DNA of 64,000 bases from Opitutaceae bacterium (GTDB lineage Bacteria > Verrucomicrobiota > Verrucomicrobiia > Opitutales > Coraliomargaritaceae), in contig JBPOFY010000004.1 in assembly GCA_051252375.1 (NCBI GenBank), forward strand, positions 288,001 to 352,000, given 5' to 3'. Below, one piece after another: positions 9,506 through 20,799 of the stretch. Positions within the stretch are counted from its first letter, which is position 1, and each line of letters opens with the position of its first letter. The position numbers and the translations under genes were made by a program. The notes below the pieces were generated by a model that saw only the letters and a list, made by a program, of their open reading frames with translations, had not been told where the DNA came from and ran no database searches.

Positions 9506-10378
9506 ATGCAACTCATCGACGGCAACGCTATCGCAGAATCTATCATTGAAGAACTGACCAAAGAGGTCGGTGCACTCCCCGGCAAGAAACCAGTCATCGC
9601 CGTGATCCGTGTCGGCGAAGACCCTGCCTCCGTATCGTATGTGCGGAAGAAGGAGAAGACCGCCGCACGTATCGGTATCGGCAGTCGTATGCACATCCTA
9701 CCCGAGGACGTGAGCAAAGAAGACCTCTTCGCGCAGATCGACGCACTCAATGCCGACCCAGATGTAAATGGCATCCTGATTCAAGCGCCCCTGCCGAACC
9801 ACATCGACGAGACCGAAACCTTTAACCGCGTCCTCCCTGGCAAAGACGTCGACGGCTTCAACACCGTTAACATCGGCAAGCTCTGCCAAGAAGACAGCAG
9901 CGGCTTTATCGCCTGCACCCCCGCAGGCATCGTCCAGCTCATTGAGCGCAGTGGTATCGAAACGCAAGGCAAGCACGTCGTCGTGCTCGGTCGCAGCCAA
10001 ATCGTAGGCAAGCCCGCCGCCCTGCTGATGGTGCGCAAGGCCGTGTCAGGAAACGCCACCGTCACCATCTGCCACTCTCGCACTCAAGACTTGCCCAGCA
10101 TCACACGTCAAGCCGACGTCCTGATCGCTGCGATTGGCCGCCCCAACTTCGTCACTGGCGACATGGTCAAAGATGGCGTCGCCGTAATCGACGTAGGTAT
10201 CAACCGCGTTGTCGACGAGTCTCGCAAGAGCGGCTACCGCCTAGTCGGTGATGTCGATTTCGAAGCCGTTTCTCAAAAAGCGTCACACATCACCCCCGTG
10301 CCAGGCGGTGTCGGCCCCATGACAGTGGCCATGCTCATGCACAACACCCTGCGCGCTTTCAAAGCCAGCCAGAGCTAA
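9506..10378 (+). CDS. folD: Methylenetetrahydrofolate dehydrogenase/cyclohydrolase
   Basis: [40 protein letters not shown]. Confidence 0.97.
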   Translation: MQLIDGNAIAESIIEELTKEVGALPGKKPVIAVIRVGEDPASVSYVRKKEKTAARIGIGSRMHILPEDVSKEDLFAQIDALNADPDVNGILIQAPLPNHIDETETFNRVLPGKDVDGFNTVNIGKLCQEDSSGFIACTPAGIVQLIERSGIETQGKHVVVLGRSQIVGKPAALLMVRKAVSGNATVTICHSRTQDLPSITRQADVLIAAIGRPNFVTGDMVKDGVAVIDVGINRVVDESRKSGYRLVGDVDFEAVSQKASHITPVPGGVGPMTVAMLMHNTLRAFKASQS

Positions 10379-10383
10379 ACTGG

Positions 10384-11034
10384 ATGGAAGAACCCAAACA
10401 CAACGAACCGCTCAAGCCAGAGCGGCGCTCTGATTTGCCGCCGCCACTCAAGCCAGCCAACGTGCTGGACTCGATCTTCCAACAAGGTGGCCCCATGCCG
10501 GCCGCTGGTCTCGGTATCCGCGGGATCGCCTTCCTCCTCGACTTCGTGCTCCTCACCGCTGTGTCGATGCTCCTGATTTGGAAATTTGCGATTCCTCAGA
10601 ACCACCCCGGCGCGTTTCACGAGTTCACCGCATGGGTGGATGCATTCACAGCTTGGCTACAAATCGCAGGAGAAAAACCAGCAGCACCAGAAATGAGTCG
10701 CTCGCTGATTGAAGCACTCGGCTACGCACAAAATTTACAGTTCTTCATTTTCTGGATTTATTTTGCCATCGGCGAAACCTTTTACGCAGGCAGCTCTCTC
10801 GGCAAACGACTTTGCTGCGTTCGCACAGTCAGCACAATCAGCCTCGGCACAGCACCTTTTTTCACGGGCATCGTGCGCGCAGGACTGAAAACCACGACCA
10901 TCTTCCTACTCTTCCCCGTCAGTATCTTAGTCGGCATGTGCAGCCTCTTTTTCAATAAACGCCGTCAACTCGTGCATGACTTACTCAGCCGCACAGCCGT
11001 CATCGACGAGCGTCTCTCACACCCCAAAGAGTAA
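10384..11034 (+). CDS. RDD family membrane protein
   Basis: RGIAFLLD, SLGKR, RQLVHDLLSRTAV. Confidence 0.8.
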   Translation: MEEPKHNEPLKPERRSDLPPPLKPANVLDSIFQQGGPMPAAGLGIRGIAFLLDFVLLTAVSMLLIWKFAIPQNHPGAFHEFTAWVDAFTAWLQIAGEKPAAPEMSRSLIEALGYAQNLQFFIFWIYFAIGETFYAGSSLGKRLCCVRTVSTISLGTAPFFTGIVRAGLKTTTIFLLFPVSILVGMCSLFFNKRRQLVHDLLSRTAVIDERLSHPKE

Positions 11035-11167
11035 AAGCGGGGTAAAAACCACTGAGATAATCCACGAATTTACTGTTTTACCTTCTCAGATAAGATCCTA
11101 TCTATAAGCAGAACCAATCGCGGCATACTGCCTACGACAATCACGCACATTTAAATCCCGAACTATT

Positions 11168-12280
11168 TTGAGCACAAAACCCAAGCCCAAAATCCTGGTC
11201 GTCGACGACCAACCGATCAACATTAAGCTCTTGCAACGCAAGTTAGAGCGGCAAGGGATGGAAGTATTTGTCGCCTACAATGGTCGCGAGTGCCTCAACA
11301 TCGTTGGCGAGGCGAAACCCGATCTTATTTTGCTCGATATCATGATGCCCGAAATGGACGGCATCGAGACTTGCCAACATCTCAAGGCAAACCCTGAGAC
11401 GGAAACGATTCCAATCATCTTCATCACCGCCAAAGCCTCTAAAGAAGGCAAGCTGGAAGGTCTAGATGCCGGCGCTGTCGACTACATCACTAAGCCGATC
11501 GACCTCGACGAGACGATCGCCCGTGTGCGCACGCAGCTACGCCTACAGGAAATGTTCCGCGAAAATATGGAGCTACAAGAACGCTTGGGCGATGTGCGTA
11601 AAGCGGCGGCAGTCGGTGCCATCACTCAAGGCATTGCACATAATTTGAACAACCTGCTCGGCGTGGTGGTCGGCTACCTCGACTTGATCAAAAACGGCTA
11701 TGACAGCCCCGACATGGTCAAGCGCAGCGTCATGTTAATGGATCACGCGATCACCAGAATGGTCAACATTATCCGTCAGCTAGGCACCATCGCCAACAAC
11801 GAGCGCATCGAACTGGCCCAGAACCCCATTCCACGCCTCATTGAAAACAGCATCGACCGCTTCAAAAAGGAATATGAAGTCGCTGGCGAAGTTGAAGTCC
11901 TCTCGGAACTCGATGATTCGTCCACCATCTCGGCAAACGCTGAAACTTTCGAAATCATCCTCGGCAAACTCTTGATCAATGCTTGGGAAAGTTACGCCAA
12001 AGATACCGCTGACACGGATCGTAAGGTCACACTTCACGCACGCATCTCCCGCGAAAAGGGTCCTAGTGTCCTAGAAGTGAAAGTCGTGGATCAAGGCACT
12101 GGAATCGACCCTGAGGTCACAGACACTTTGTTCGAGCCATTCATCACCACCAAGACCTCCGTAGGTCGAGGCATGGGTCTCACCATCGCGCGCCACACCA
12201 TGCGCAACCTTGAAGGTGAAATTCGTTTGATTGAAAATCCCGACGGTGGCTGCACTGCCACGATGACACATCCCCTTTAA
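11168..12280 (+). CDS. Receiver domain-histidine kinase hybrid (REC-HisKA-HATPase), TTG start
   Basis: ILVVDD, DLILLD, ITKP; H-box GIAHNLNN; N-box LLINA; DQGTGI, LFEPFITTK, GRGMGL. Confidence 0.88.
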   Translation: MSTKPKPKILVVDDQPINIKLLQRKLERQGMEVFVAYNGRECLNIVGEAKPDLILLDIMMPEMDGIETCQHLKANPETETIPIIFITAKASKEGKLEGLDAGAVDYITKPIDLDETIARVRTQLRLQEMFRENMELQERLGDVRKAAAVGAITQGIAHNLNNLLGVVVGYLDLIKNGYDSPDMVKRSVMLMDHAITRMVNIIRQLGTIANNERIELAQNPIPRLIENSIDRFKKEYEVAGEVEVLSELDDSSTISANAETFEIILGKLLINAWESYAKDTADTDRKVTLHARISREKGPSVLEVKVVDQGTGIDPEVTDTLFEPFITTKTSVGRGMGLTIARHTMRNLEGEIRLIENPDGGCTATMTHPL

Positions 12281-12290
12281 GGAATCCAAT

Positions 12291-13097
12291 ATGAGTATTC
12301 GCATTGTTTTTATAGGCGCGGGGCGTATGGCTTCCGCCATCGTTCGCGGCTTGCTCGAAAAAGAGCATTACCAACCTGAAGAAATCGCCTGCACTTGCGG
12401 CGACGATCCGACTGGTCCCGCACTCGCGGAAGAGACTGGCATCCAGTTTTTTCCAGATATCACCAACGCGCTCTACGAAGCAGAAGCCGTCGTGCTCGCC
12501 TGCAAGCCACAGCAATTTAACGCGATAGACACCACGCTCGCCGACGCCGCCACAGGAAAGCTCGTGCTCTCCATTCTCGCAGGCACACCACTCGCGAGAC
12601 TCAGTGAGAAATTCGGCAAAGCCCGCAACATCGTGCGGACCATGCCCAACACGCCCGGTCAAATCGGAGCCGGCGTCACCGCATTTGCCCCACTACGCGG
12701 GCTCACCGAAAAAGATTTTGGCATCGTTGAAAACACCCTCAGTTCATTGGGTAATTTCCACGAGGTGGAAGAAGCCGACCTCGACGCGGTGACCGCACTC
12801 AGCGGCAGTGGCCCGGCCTATGTCTTTGAATTTGTCGCCGCACTACGTGAGGCTGGCATCAACTGCGGGCTCGACGAAGGGCTAGCAGAATCCCTCGCCA
12901 TCGATACCTTACTTGGATCTGCCATGCTACTCGCGGACAGCGAAAGTGCACCGGAAGATCTACGCGACGCCGTGACCTCTCCAGGGGGCACCACCGCCGC
13001 CGCACTGAATGTCTTTAAAGAAGGCGACCTTCGCGGCCTCGTCGGCAAAGCACTCGCCGCAGCGAAAGCCCGCTCACTGGAGCTGGCACAAGAGTAA
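12291..13097 (+). CDS. proC: Pyrroline-5-carboxylate reductase
   Basis: FIGAGRMA, RTMPNTP, SGSGPAY, VTSPGGTT. Confidence 0.96.
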   Translation: MSIRIVFIGAGRMASAIVRGLLEKEHYQPEEIACTCGDDPTGPALAEETGIQFFPDITNALYEAEAVVLACKPQQFNAIDTTLADAATGKLVLSILAGTPLARLSEKFGKARNIVRTMPNTPGQIGAGVTAFAPLRGLTEKDFGIVENTLSSLGNFHEVEEADLDAVTALSGSGPAYVFEFVAALREAGINCGLDEGLAESLAIDTLLGSAMLLADSESAPEDLRDAVTSPGGTTAAALNVFKEGDLRGLVGKALAAAKARSLELAQE

Positions 13098-13139
13098 GCA
13101 AAATTTAGCTTAACAGGCGAAGCTACTCGCGAGGAGACA

Positions 13140-13562
13140 CTACAACTGCAACGGATCGACTGCGAAAAATTGACTCGCATTAAGGAACTGACCTTGCGCA
13201 TCCAGCCAAGCTGGGTCCGCAGTCACTTCGGACATCGATTTCTTCGTATTATTACAGAAAAGGTAAACATCTGGACCGAGGCAGATATAGGCGTCGATTC
13301 CCACACCGTCACCTTCGCGGGTAAAGCTGAACTCACCACCAAGTGCAGTTTGATCTTCGGTCAATTCTTTGCGCAGCGAAATACTATCGTCTGCAAACTC
13401 ACCCATGAAGGCCGCTTCGCGAGGACCTTCGTAAAAGTGTAATTCCAGTGAACTACCTGATAGTCCAACTATCGCCAGCTCATCAAAAACCGGCCGTCCA
13501 TAGGCTTGATTTAATTTCGCAAAGGACTTTTCGATTCGAGTAGTAGCAGCCTCTAAGTTCAT
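13140..13562 (-). CDS. Conserved-looking hypothetical protein
   Basis: Clean ORF fills the gap. ATG 13562 (MNLEAA) preferred. No family recognised. Confidence 0.6.
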   Translation of the reverse strand: MNLEAATTRIEKSFAKLNQAYGRPVFDELAIVGLSGSSLELHFYEGPREAAFMGEFADDSISLRKELTEDQTALGGEFSFTREGDGVGIDAYICLGPDVYLFCNNTKKSMSEVTADPAWLDAQGQFLNASQFFAVDPLQL

Positions 13563-13727
13563 AAATCTAAACAACAAGAAACTTACCCATGCTTCAAACT
13601 AAAATCCATTTGAAGCACTGATTTGAGCGAAATCGGACAAACCAAATGAGTTTTTTACAGCGACCTAAAGGATACCCCTCACCAAAGAAATCAGATATTC
13701 AAGCCAACCATAGCCGACAAAGATGAT

Positions 13728-14579
13728 CTAACGACGAAACCGACGAGCCGCTAAAGACGAACTGACAGGTCTCTTCTTAGAGGCCGTTTTCGGCTGCGGG
13801 CGCCCATGGTTTAATCCGGGGCGAAACGATAGAACCGATTGAAAAGCTTCAGGTAGTTCAGAGACTGCTTTAAAATCTTTCATCTTACCGTTGAAAGCGT
13901 AGCGCACGGACGTTTCCCCAGAATGAAGCATCATCCGCTTTTCACCTGTTTCGCGCGAAACTTCTCGATTAAAACTAAAACTACCGTATGTGCGATCGCC
14001 CACGACAGGATGACCGTGTTTTTTACACTGCACACGTAATTGATGCGTCCGCCCTGTCACTGGCATGAGTTTCAGCAAAGACACAGGAAAACCTCCGACG
14101 GGGGACTTGACCACTTGATAGCGAGCCTTGGCCGGCACGCTCTGACCATTGCGGACCAAGCGCTTGCCGCGATGCACATCCTTTTTTAAGGAATCGTTCC
14201 ATACACCGGTCGGCAATGAAGGCGCTCGCTTGACCACCGCGTAGTAGGTCTTCGCTACTTTATGAGTGGCAAAAAGTTGCTTAATCGTCGTGGCGATCTC
14301 GGCATTCAATCCGATCAAAATCACTCCCGAGGTCGGTGAATCCAGGCGATTGATCAACCAAACTCGCTGCTCCTCGCCTGCCTCGTTCTGCCAGCTGAAG
14401 CATTCCTCATCATAATCGTAAGCCGCATCAAGTAATGCACGCTCCTTATCCTTCGCAGAATTTGGATGCGCAAGCACCCCTATCGGCTTTTCCAATGCGA
14501 CGAGTCCGTCTTCATTCGACGCCAAGACGCCCACACCTCTAGTGAGGGGTAAATCTTTAATCTGTGTCTCGTTATGCAT
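13728..14579 (-). CDS. RluA-family RNA pseudouridine synthase (no S4)
   Basis: EKPIG, NRLDSPTSG, TGRTHQLRVQ, PVVGDRTY. Confidence 0.9.
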   Translation of the reverse strand: MHNETQIKDLPLTRGVGVLASNEDGLVALEKPIGVLAHPNSAKDKERALLDAAYDYDEECFSWQNEAGEEQRVWLINRLDSPTSGVILIGLNAEIATTIKQLFATHKVAKTYYAVVKRAPSLPTGVWNDSLKKDVHRGKRLVRNGQSVPAKARYQVVKSPVGGFPVSLLKLMPVTGRTHQLRVQCKKHGHPVVGDRTYGSFSFNREVSRETGEKRMMLHSGETSVRYAFNGKMKDFKAVSELPEAFQSVLSFRPGLNHGRPQPKTASKKRPVSSSLAARRFRR

Positions 14580-14640
14580 GCTTGAAACGTTGCAATGTTA
14601 TGAGATCTAGAAAAATCACAACTCTTTCCTTCAACAAGGC

Positions 14641-15768
14641 TCATCGATAATGAAACGCGACCGTCAAAGTGCGCTCTTGGCCGAATACTTGAACCATCTC
14701 GCGCGTCCATGGGCGAAACGGTGAGCGCTTCACAATCGCGCTTTCACAAATGATAGTGGCAATTTCACTCGCCGTTGTCCGCGCGACCTCCACATCCGTA
14801 ACCTTACCATCCGCATGTATCGTAAAACGAACCTGCACAGTGGCCGAGGTGTCAATCGGTTGGTAAAACTCAATCTCCTGATACCACCCTGCCTGTAGTG
14901 CGGCGTAGAACTGTTGCTGATATTCGCCAAACTCGCTGAAAGTCGCATCGATCGCCAAGGTGCCACGTAGACGAGTGGAGCCAGTCGATTGCATCAACGG
15001 TCCGCGTATCAACTCGGGATCCAAGCGCGGACGTTCACGGGGCATCGGCTTGGCTGTCGACCCACCATTACCTTCACCGTTTTGCGCTTGCTCAACGGAT
15101 GGTGACTGCGGCGATGGCTTATAAACATTGATCGGCGCATCCGGATCGGGGTTCGGCGTCACTTCGGTTGCGACCCCCGGCGTTTCCAGCCGGCTACCCG
15201 GACCTTCTTCAGTCACGGGTGTTTGCTCTAAAAATGCCGGTGTTGGCAATGGTGGCGCAGGTGTCGGTGTAGGCTGAGCAATCGCACCTGGCTTACCTCC
15301 GTCAGTGCCGTCGCCCTCTCCTGGTTTCGCTTGAGGCGAATAAACGCCCGGTGGCAAGGGTGGGGCTTGCTCCGATGCCCCTTGAATTATTTTTTGCGAC
15401 TGCGTGTCGCCATCTACATCCGGTGCTTCAAGCGGATCGTCACTCACCTTCTCACTGGCCAATTGCTGATTTTTGAATGAATACTGGTCCTGCCGATCTG
15501 GCGTATTCTCCGGAGCCTCTGGATTGACCTCAACGAAGCGTAATTGATCCGCAGTCAAAGGCTCGGGCGGCACAAGCGTCACTTCGAGCACGTCATCTGC
15601 CTTCTCTCCGATAACAGCAGAGAATAGTATTTGCTCGGGAATCACCCAAAGCAGACCGACATGCAGTAACAACGCAATGAGCAGGGCGCACACAGTAGTG
15701 AAGCGACGATCATGGCGATACGTATCAAAGGGGTGCTGCCCACTGGAAACTGTTTCTGTGCCGTTCAA
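14641..15768 (-). CDS. TonB/TolA-like energy transducer (TM anchor, Pro-rich linker, TonB C-terminal domain)
   Basis: ALLLH TM helix, Pro-rich middle, C-terminal VQVRFTIHADGKV..SPFRPW. TTG start. Confidence 0.78.
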   Translation of the reverse strand: MNGTETVSSGQHPFDTYRHDRRFTTVCALLIALLLHVGLLWVIPEQILFSAVIGEKADDVLEVTLVPPEPLTADQLRFVEVNPEAPENTPDRQDQYSFKNQQLASEKVSDDPLEAPDVDGDTQSQKIIQGASEQAPPLPPGVYSPQAKPGEGDGTDGGKPGAIAQPTPTPAPPLPTPAFLEQTPVTEEGPGSRLETPGVATEVTPNPDPDAPINVYKPSPQSPSVEQAQNGEGNGGSTAKPMPRERPRLDPELIRGPLMQSTGSTRLRGTLAIDATFSEFGEYQQQFYAALQAGWYQEIEFYQPIDTSATVQVRFTIHADGKVTDVEVARTTASEIATIICESAIVKRSPFRPWTREMVQVFGQERTLTVAFHYR

Positions 15769-15783
15769 ATCAAAGGAATCGAA

Positions 15784-16380
15784 TCAGCTTTCGTCCCGAA
15801 AGTCGAAGCGATGTTCCGCAAACTTAACAGCCAGTGCCTGAATCGGCAGCCCCATCACATTTTCAACAGAGCCTTCGACGGACTCGATAATCAATTCCCT
15901 GCCCTCCTGAATGCCATAAGCGCCGGCCTTATCGAGCGGATTGACGATCGCAAAATAAGCATCGATCGTGGCATCATCGAGTGACTTAAAACGCACATCA
16001 CTACGCTCAACAAAACATTCCCTAAAGCCACCAGCACTCCAATGCAAAGCCACTGCAGTATAGACAGTGTGCACGCGACCGGACAAACGTTGCAGCATGG
16101 CTTTGGCATCTGCCAAATCAGTCGGCTTGCTCAACACCCGATCATCAATCGCAACAGTCGTATCGGAACCAAGGATGAGTGCGTCGGGATAAGTGTCCTC
16201 CATCGCGGCAGCTTTGAGTGCCGCATTATGATGCACCATTTGCTCAGGACCGTTCGATCCGGAATCGTCTTCTTCGGCATGCGATGGATGCACTTCAAAA
16301 GCCAAGCCCATACGCTGGAGTAATTCACTCCGCCGTGGAGACGCCGAAGCGAGCACAAGTTTTTCAGGTTTCGATGCCAT
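15784..16380 (-). CDS. maf: Maf nucleotide pyrophosphatase (YhdE-like)
   Basis: [30 protein letters not shown]. Confidence 0.93.
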   Translation of the reverse strand: MASKPEKLVLASASPRRSELLQRMGLAFEVHPSHAEEDDSGSNGPEQMVHHNAALKAAAMEDTYPDALILGSDTTVAIDDRVLSKPTDLADAKAMLQRLSGRVHTVYTAVALHWSAGGFRECFVERSDVRFKSLDDATIDAYFAIVNPLDKAGAYGIQEGRELIIESVEGSVENVMGLPIQALAVKFAEHRFDFRDES

Positions 16381-16384
16381 CTAA

Positions 16385-17743
16385 CTATTCCAAAACACGT
16401 TCCACTGATCCGATGGCACGGGCAAAAGCCAAGCGACTTAATCCATATAAATAAATGGCTCGCAGATGACTGTTTTCCGCATCGGATAAACGTTGCTGCG
16501 CGTCGATCAACTCACGGTTGTCGGCGAGGCCCTCGCGATAGCGTTCTTCCGCCTGCTCGATTTCCGCACGCCCAAGACGAATCTCATCACGCGCAATCTC
16601 GATTTGAGCATAACGCGAATCCATATCGATCATCGCGAAGCGAAACTCCCGCTGTATGCGATTCTCTAAATCACGCATCAGATATTCGCGCTGACGAACC
16701 ACGGCAGCGGCCTCCCGGCGCTCCGAAGCGATACGTCCACCTTCAAAAATGGGAATGCTCGCTCGTATGCCTGCTAGCCACGCCTCCTTCTCGTCGCGAT
16801 CAAAAGCGTCATCCGAATCGTAGCCCCACTCCCCGAACAGTTCGATACTAGGCAGTCGTTGCCAAGCCGTGGCCTTCCTAGTTAATCGCGCCTGATCCAA
16901 CTGCAATTGTTCACTCGCCAGTTCAGGGCGTAATCCAAGAAGATCTTCCATCGTAGCATACTTTTTCAAGGACGGTGGCGACTTGATGCCTTCAATGATT
17001 GATCGGTCTAGTAAAAGCTCGCGGTCCAAGTCCACGTCGAGAAGTGCCTTCAACTGGAGAATCGAATCTACAACCAAGGCTTCCGCCTCCATCAATGTCC
17101 TGCGCTCCGTCGCCACACGCACCTCCGCCCGGGTGACATCGATCTTAATCGCCGCCCCGGCATCAAACTGCTTCTGTGCAAGCTCCAGTAGTTCCAGATC
17201 GCGTTCGATATTTCCCTGCGAAATCTCCACTCGGCGCAAATCCCGCAAATGGGTAAAGTAAAGCTGCACCGCCTGATCCAAAATATCCTGCACCGCGACA
17301 TCATAGTCATGGTGCGCAATGGCTTCAGCTAATTTGGCCACACGATATTGGGAATATTTTTGCGTATCGAACAGAGTCTGGGTGCCGACCACACGCGCAT
17401 TGAATGAATTAAATGGCGGCGACTCAAAATCAGCCCCCGCGAAGCCACTGCCATATTGCTGACGTGTCTGCTGTGACTGTATCGAGAGCTGCGGCAAGAG
17501 CGCCGCGCGCTGTTGAAAGCTTTTTTCTAGCGCACGCTGCACCGATTCTTTCTCAAACAAAACACGAGGGCTTTTCGCCTTAATGTGCTCCATCATCGCA
17601 TCGACCGTCAAAAACAACGGTCCTTCCGCTGTCTCAGCTGTTTCCGACTCATCAGGCACAACGGATTCCGAAGCGATTGTAGCAGTGCAAAATAGCAAGG
17701 TAATCGAAATGAAAATACTGAAAGTCTTGAGTTCTCTTAACAT
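16385..17743 (-). CDS. TolC-family outer membrane channel
   Basis: Signal peptide. OEP repeats (ALLPQLS, RLPSIEL, IPIFEGG, RYREG). Confidence 0.88.
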   Translation of the reverse strand: MLRELKTFSIFISITLLFCTATIASESVVPDESETAETAEGPLFLTVDAMMEHIKAKSPRVLFEKESVQRALEKSFQQRAALLPQLSIQSQQTRQQYGSGFAGADFESPPFNSFNARVVGTQTLFDTQKYSQYRVAKLAEAIAHHDYDVAVQDILDQAVQLYFTHLRDLRRVEISQGNIERDLELLELAQKQFDAGAAIKIDVTRAEVRVATERRTLMEAEALVVDSILQLKALLDVDLDRELLLDRSIIEGIKSPPSLKKYATMEDLLGLRPELASEQLQLDQARLTRKATAWQRLPSIELFGEWGYDSDDAFDRDEKEAWLAGIRASIPIFEGGRIASERREAAAVVRQREYLMRDLENRIQREFRFAMIDMDSRYAQIEIARDEIRLGRAEIEQAEERYREGLADNRELIDAQQRLSDAENSHLRAIYLYGLSRLAFARAIGSVERVLE

Positions 17744-17850
17744 CGGAAAATAGTCGTTACCTCTCGGCTGTTTTGTAACCGATCGTGACTATCTATGCCA
17801 TCGGTCGATTTGCAAGTCGCCACATCAAACAATTGTTTTAAATTTTACCC

Positions 17851-19497
17851 ATGAAGATCGGTCTTGCCCAAATCAACACCACTGTCGGCGACCTAGCTGG
17901 CAACCAACAATTGATCCTTGATGCCTATCAGGCACTCGTGGCCGACGGCGCAGAGCTCGTGCTCTTCCCCGAGCTTGCCATCTGCGGCTACCCGCCCCGC
18001 GATCTACTCTTCAAGAGCCGCTTCGTCAGCGACATTCGTTCGACACTCGACACAATTGCGCAATCCATTGGTGCCGTGCCCGCCGTGGTCGGCTTTGTCG
18101 AAAAGCGCACCGAGTCCAACACCGGACGCCCCTTTTACAATGCAGCCGCTTGGTGCGAATCAGGCGCCGTGCAAACCATCGGCCGCAAGTCGCTCCTACC
18201 GAGTTACGACGTCTTCGACGAAGAGCGCTACTTCGAGCCCGCAGAAGGCCCGACCGTCCACGTATGGAATGGTCTCAAAGTCGGTATCACCATCTGTGAA
18301 GACATTTGGACGCATCCCGACATCCAAACCAGTCGCCGCTACTGCCAAGATCCGGTCGCCACACTAGCAGTCGAAAAAATCGACTTGCTGCTCAACCTTT
18401 CAGCCAGCCCTTGGCATGAAGGTAAAAACGAAGCCCGCGAACCACTCGTGCAAGATGCCGCGGACCGTTGCCAGTGCCCCGCCATCTATTGCAACTCTGT
18501 CGGCGGCAACGACGAACTCATCTTTGACGGTGGCAGCTTAATCGCTCATCCAGAACGCGGACTGATCGCAGGGCTCGCCGCATTCCGCGCCGACAGCCGC
18601 GTGATCGACATCGAAGCCAGCAGCGATTTTGTCGTCTCCGAATTTTTCAACCTCAAGGGCAACGCCGCCACACATGATGCGCTCGTGCTGGGGCTGCGTG
18701 ACTACGCCCACAAAAGCGGTTTCAAGAAAGCCCTCATTGGGCTCAGCGGTGGTATCGACTCCGCCGTCGTCGCCGCGATTGCCGCCGAATCCTTCGGTCC
18801 GGAAAACGTCATCGGCATCGCCCTGCCCTCTGCAATTTCCAGCCAACACAGCCGCGACGACGCAGCAGCACTGGCAAAGAACCTCGGCATCGAATATCAC
18901 GAAGTCGCCATCGCCGAGACCGTCGCTTCCGCTGAGTCTGCCCTCGCTCCGCTCTTCGAAGGCATGCAAGCCGATGTGACCGAAGAAAACATTCAAGCCC
19001 GTGCGCGTGGCGTGCTCCTCATGGCGATGTCCAACAAGTTCGGCGCACTGCTACTGACGACAGGCAACAAAAGCGAAATTTCCGTCGGCTACTGCACGCT
19101 TTACGGCGACATGTGCGGCGGTCTCGCGGTGATCTCCGACTTGCCGAAAATGAAAGTCTATGCCCTCGCACGTCACATCAACAACGAGCGCGAAATCATC
19201 CCCGTCAATACGATTGAGAAAGCGCCTTCCGCTGAGTTACGCCTAGACCAAAAAGACGAAGACTCCTTGCCCCCTTACCCAGTTCTCGATGGTATCCTTC
19301 GCCTCTATGTCGAAGAAGGTCTCTCCTCCGCAGAGATCATCGAGCGTGGCTACGATGCCGTAATCGTGCGCGACATCATCCGCAAGGTCGACCTCAACGA
19401 ATACAAACGCAAACAAGCCGCTCCGGGACTCAAAACCACACCCCTCGCCTTCGGTGTCGGGCGTCGGATCCCCATCGTCCAAAAATATGTAAGCTAG
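17851..19497 (+). CDS. nadE: Glutamine-dependent NAD+ synthetase
   Basis: Nitrilase domain (FPEL, FDEERYF, ICEDIW) plus [25 protein letters not shown]. Confidence 0.96.
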   Translation: MKIGLAQINTTVGDLAGNQQLILDAYQALVADGAELVLFPELAICGYPPRDLLFKSRFVSDIRSTLDTIAQSIGAVPAVVGFVEKRTESNTGRPFYNAAAWCESGAVQTIGRKSLLPSYDVFDEERYFEPAEGPTVHVWNGLKVGITICEDIWTHPDIQTSRRYCQDPVATLAVEKIDLLLNLSASPWHEGKNEAREPLVQDAADRCQCPAIYCNSVGGNDELIFDGGSLIAHPERGLIAGLAAFRADSRVIDIEASSDFVVSEFFNLKGNAATHDALVLGLRDYAHKSGFKKALIGLSGGIDSAVVAAIAAESFGPENVIGIALPSAISSQHSRDDAAALAKNLGIEYHEVAIAETVASAESALAPLFEGMQADVTEENIQARARGVLLMAMSNKFGALLLTTGNKSEISVGYCTLYGDMCGGLAVISDLPKMKVYALARHINNEREIIPVNTIEKAPSAELRLDQKDEDSLPPYPVLDGILRLYVEEGLSSAEIIERGYDAVIVRDIIRKVDLNEYKRKQAAPGLKTTPLAFGVGRRIPIVQKYVS

Positions 19498-19520
19498 GAT
19501 GGGAACGTCCCCATTTATCC

Positions 19521-20798
19521 ATGAACACTTCCGAACAACTCTTCGAACGCGCCAAGCAACTGATTCCTGGTGGCGTAAATTCACCTGTGCGTGCTTTCCG
19601 CTCTGTTGGTGGCGCGCCCTTCTTTACTGAGCGCGCTGAAGGCGCACACCTCTATACTGCCGATGGCACAGATCTGATCGACTTTGTCTGCACTTGGGGC
19701 CCAGCGATCCACGGGCACAACGATCCGGACGTGCGAGCCGCAATCGGCAAGGCACTCGAAAACGGCACCAGTTTCGGCACGCCCAATCCATACGAAGTCG
19801 AGATGGCAGAGCTCATCGTCGAGATGGTGCCTTCGGTCGAAAAAGTGCGCATGTGCAACAGCGGCACTGAAGCCACGATGTCTTCGATTCGCTTGGCTCG
19901 TGGCTACACTGGTCGCGATAAAATTATAAAGTTCGCAGGCTGCTTTCACGGTCATGTCGATTCATTGCTCGTTAAAGCAGGCTCCGGCGCACTGACCCTT
20001 GGCAACCCTGACAGCGCAGGTATCCCCGCAAGTTTTGCCGCCGAAACAATCGTCGTGGATTACAACGACCCCGAAGGTGTGCGAGCCGCTTTTGAACAAC
20101 ACCCCGAACAAATCGCCGCGCTGATCGTCGAGCCCTATCCCGCCAACTGCGGACTCATCCTACCCGACGAAGGTTTCCTTGAACTGCTACGCTCACTCTG
20201 CACCGAGCATGGCACGGTCTTAATCTTCGACGAAGTGATGACTGGATTTCGCCTAGCAAAAGGTGGCGTGCAGGAACTCGTGGGCATCACACCCGACATA
20301 ACCGCACTTGGCAAAATTATCGGCGGCGGTTTACCTGTCGGCGCATTTGGCGGTAAAGCTGAAATCATGGATTGTCTCGCGCCACTTGGCCCCGTCTATC
20401 AAGCAGGCACCCTAAGCGGCAACCCACTCGCGATGGCCGCAGGCATTGCAGCACTCACGAAGCTAAAAACTGACAACCCGTATCCACTTTTCGATACAAT
20501 GGGCAGCGCGATTCGCACCGCGCTTCTCGACGCAGCACAAAGCAAGGGTCTCCCCTTACAGGTGCCACAAGTCGGATCAATGTTTGCCGTTTTCTTCAGC
20601 GAAGAACCTGTGCGTAATTACGACGACGCCATCGCCAGCACCACAGGGCACTTCAATAAACTCTTCCACTACGCACTAGAGCATGGGGTTTACCTACCGC
20701 CTTCCGCCTACGAGACCTGCTTCATTTGCACCGCTCACAATGGCGCAGACATCGACCGCGCCGCTGAAATTCTAGCTGCAGGGATCGCATCGATTTAA
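19521..20798 (+). CDS. hemL: Glutamate-1-semialdehyde 2,1-aminomutase
   Basis: [47 protein letters not shown]. Confidence 0.97.
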   Translation: MNTSEQLFERAKQLIPGGVNSPVRAFRSVGGAPFFTERAEGAHLYTADGTDLIDFVCTWGPAIHGHNDPDVRAAIGKALENGTSFGTPNPYEVEMAELIVEMVPSVEKVRMCNSGTEATMSSIRLARGYTGRDKIIKFAGCFHGHVDSLLVKAGSGALTLGNPDSAGIPASFAAETIVVDYNDPEGVRAAFEQHPEQIAALIVEPYPANCGLILPDEGFLELLRSLCTEHGTVLIFDEVMTGFRLAKGGVQELVGITPDITALGKIIGGGLPVGAFGGKAEIMDCLAPLGPVYQAGTLSGNPLAMAAGIAALTKLKTDNPYPLFDTMGSAIRTALLDAAQSKGLPLQVPQVGSMFAVFFSEEPVRNYDDAIASTTGHFNKLFHYALEHGVYLPPSAYETCFICTAHNGADIDRAAEILAAGIASI

Positions 20799-20799
20799 A

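Noticed and set aside
19499..19516. ATGGG-aacgtc-CCCAT hairpin between nadE and hemL
   Set aside because: Too short, with no partner copy in the window; cannot be distinguished from chance.
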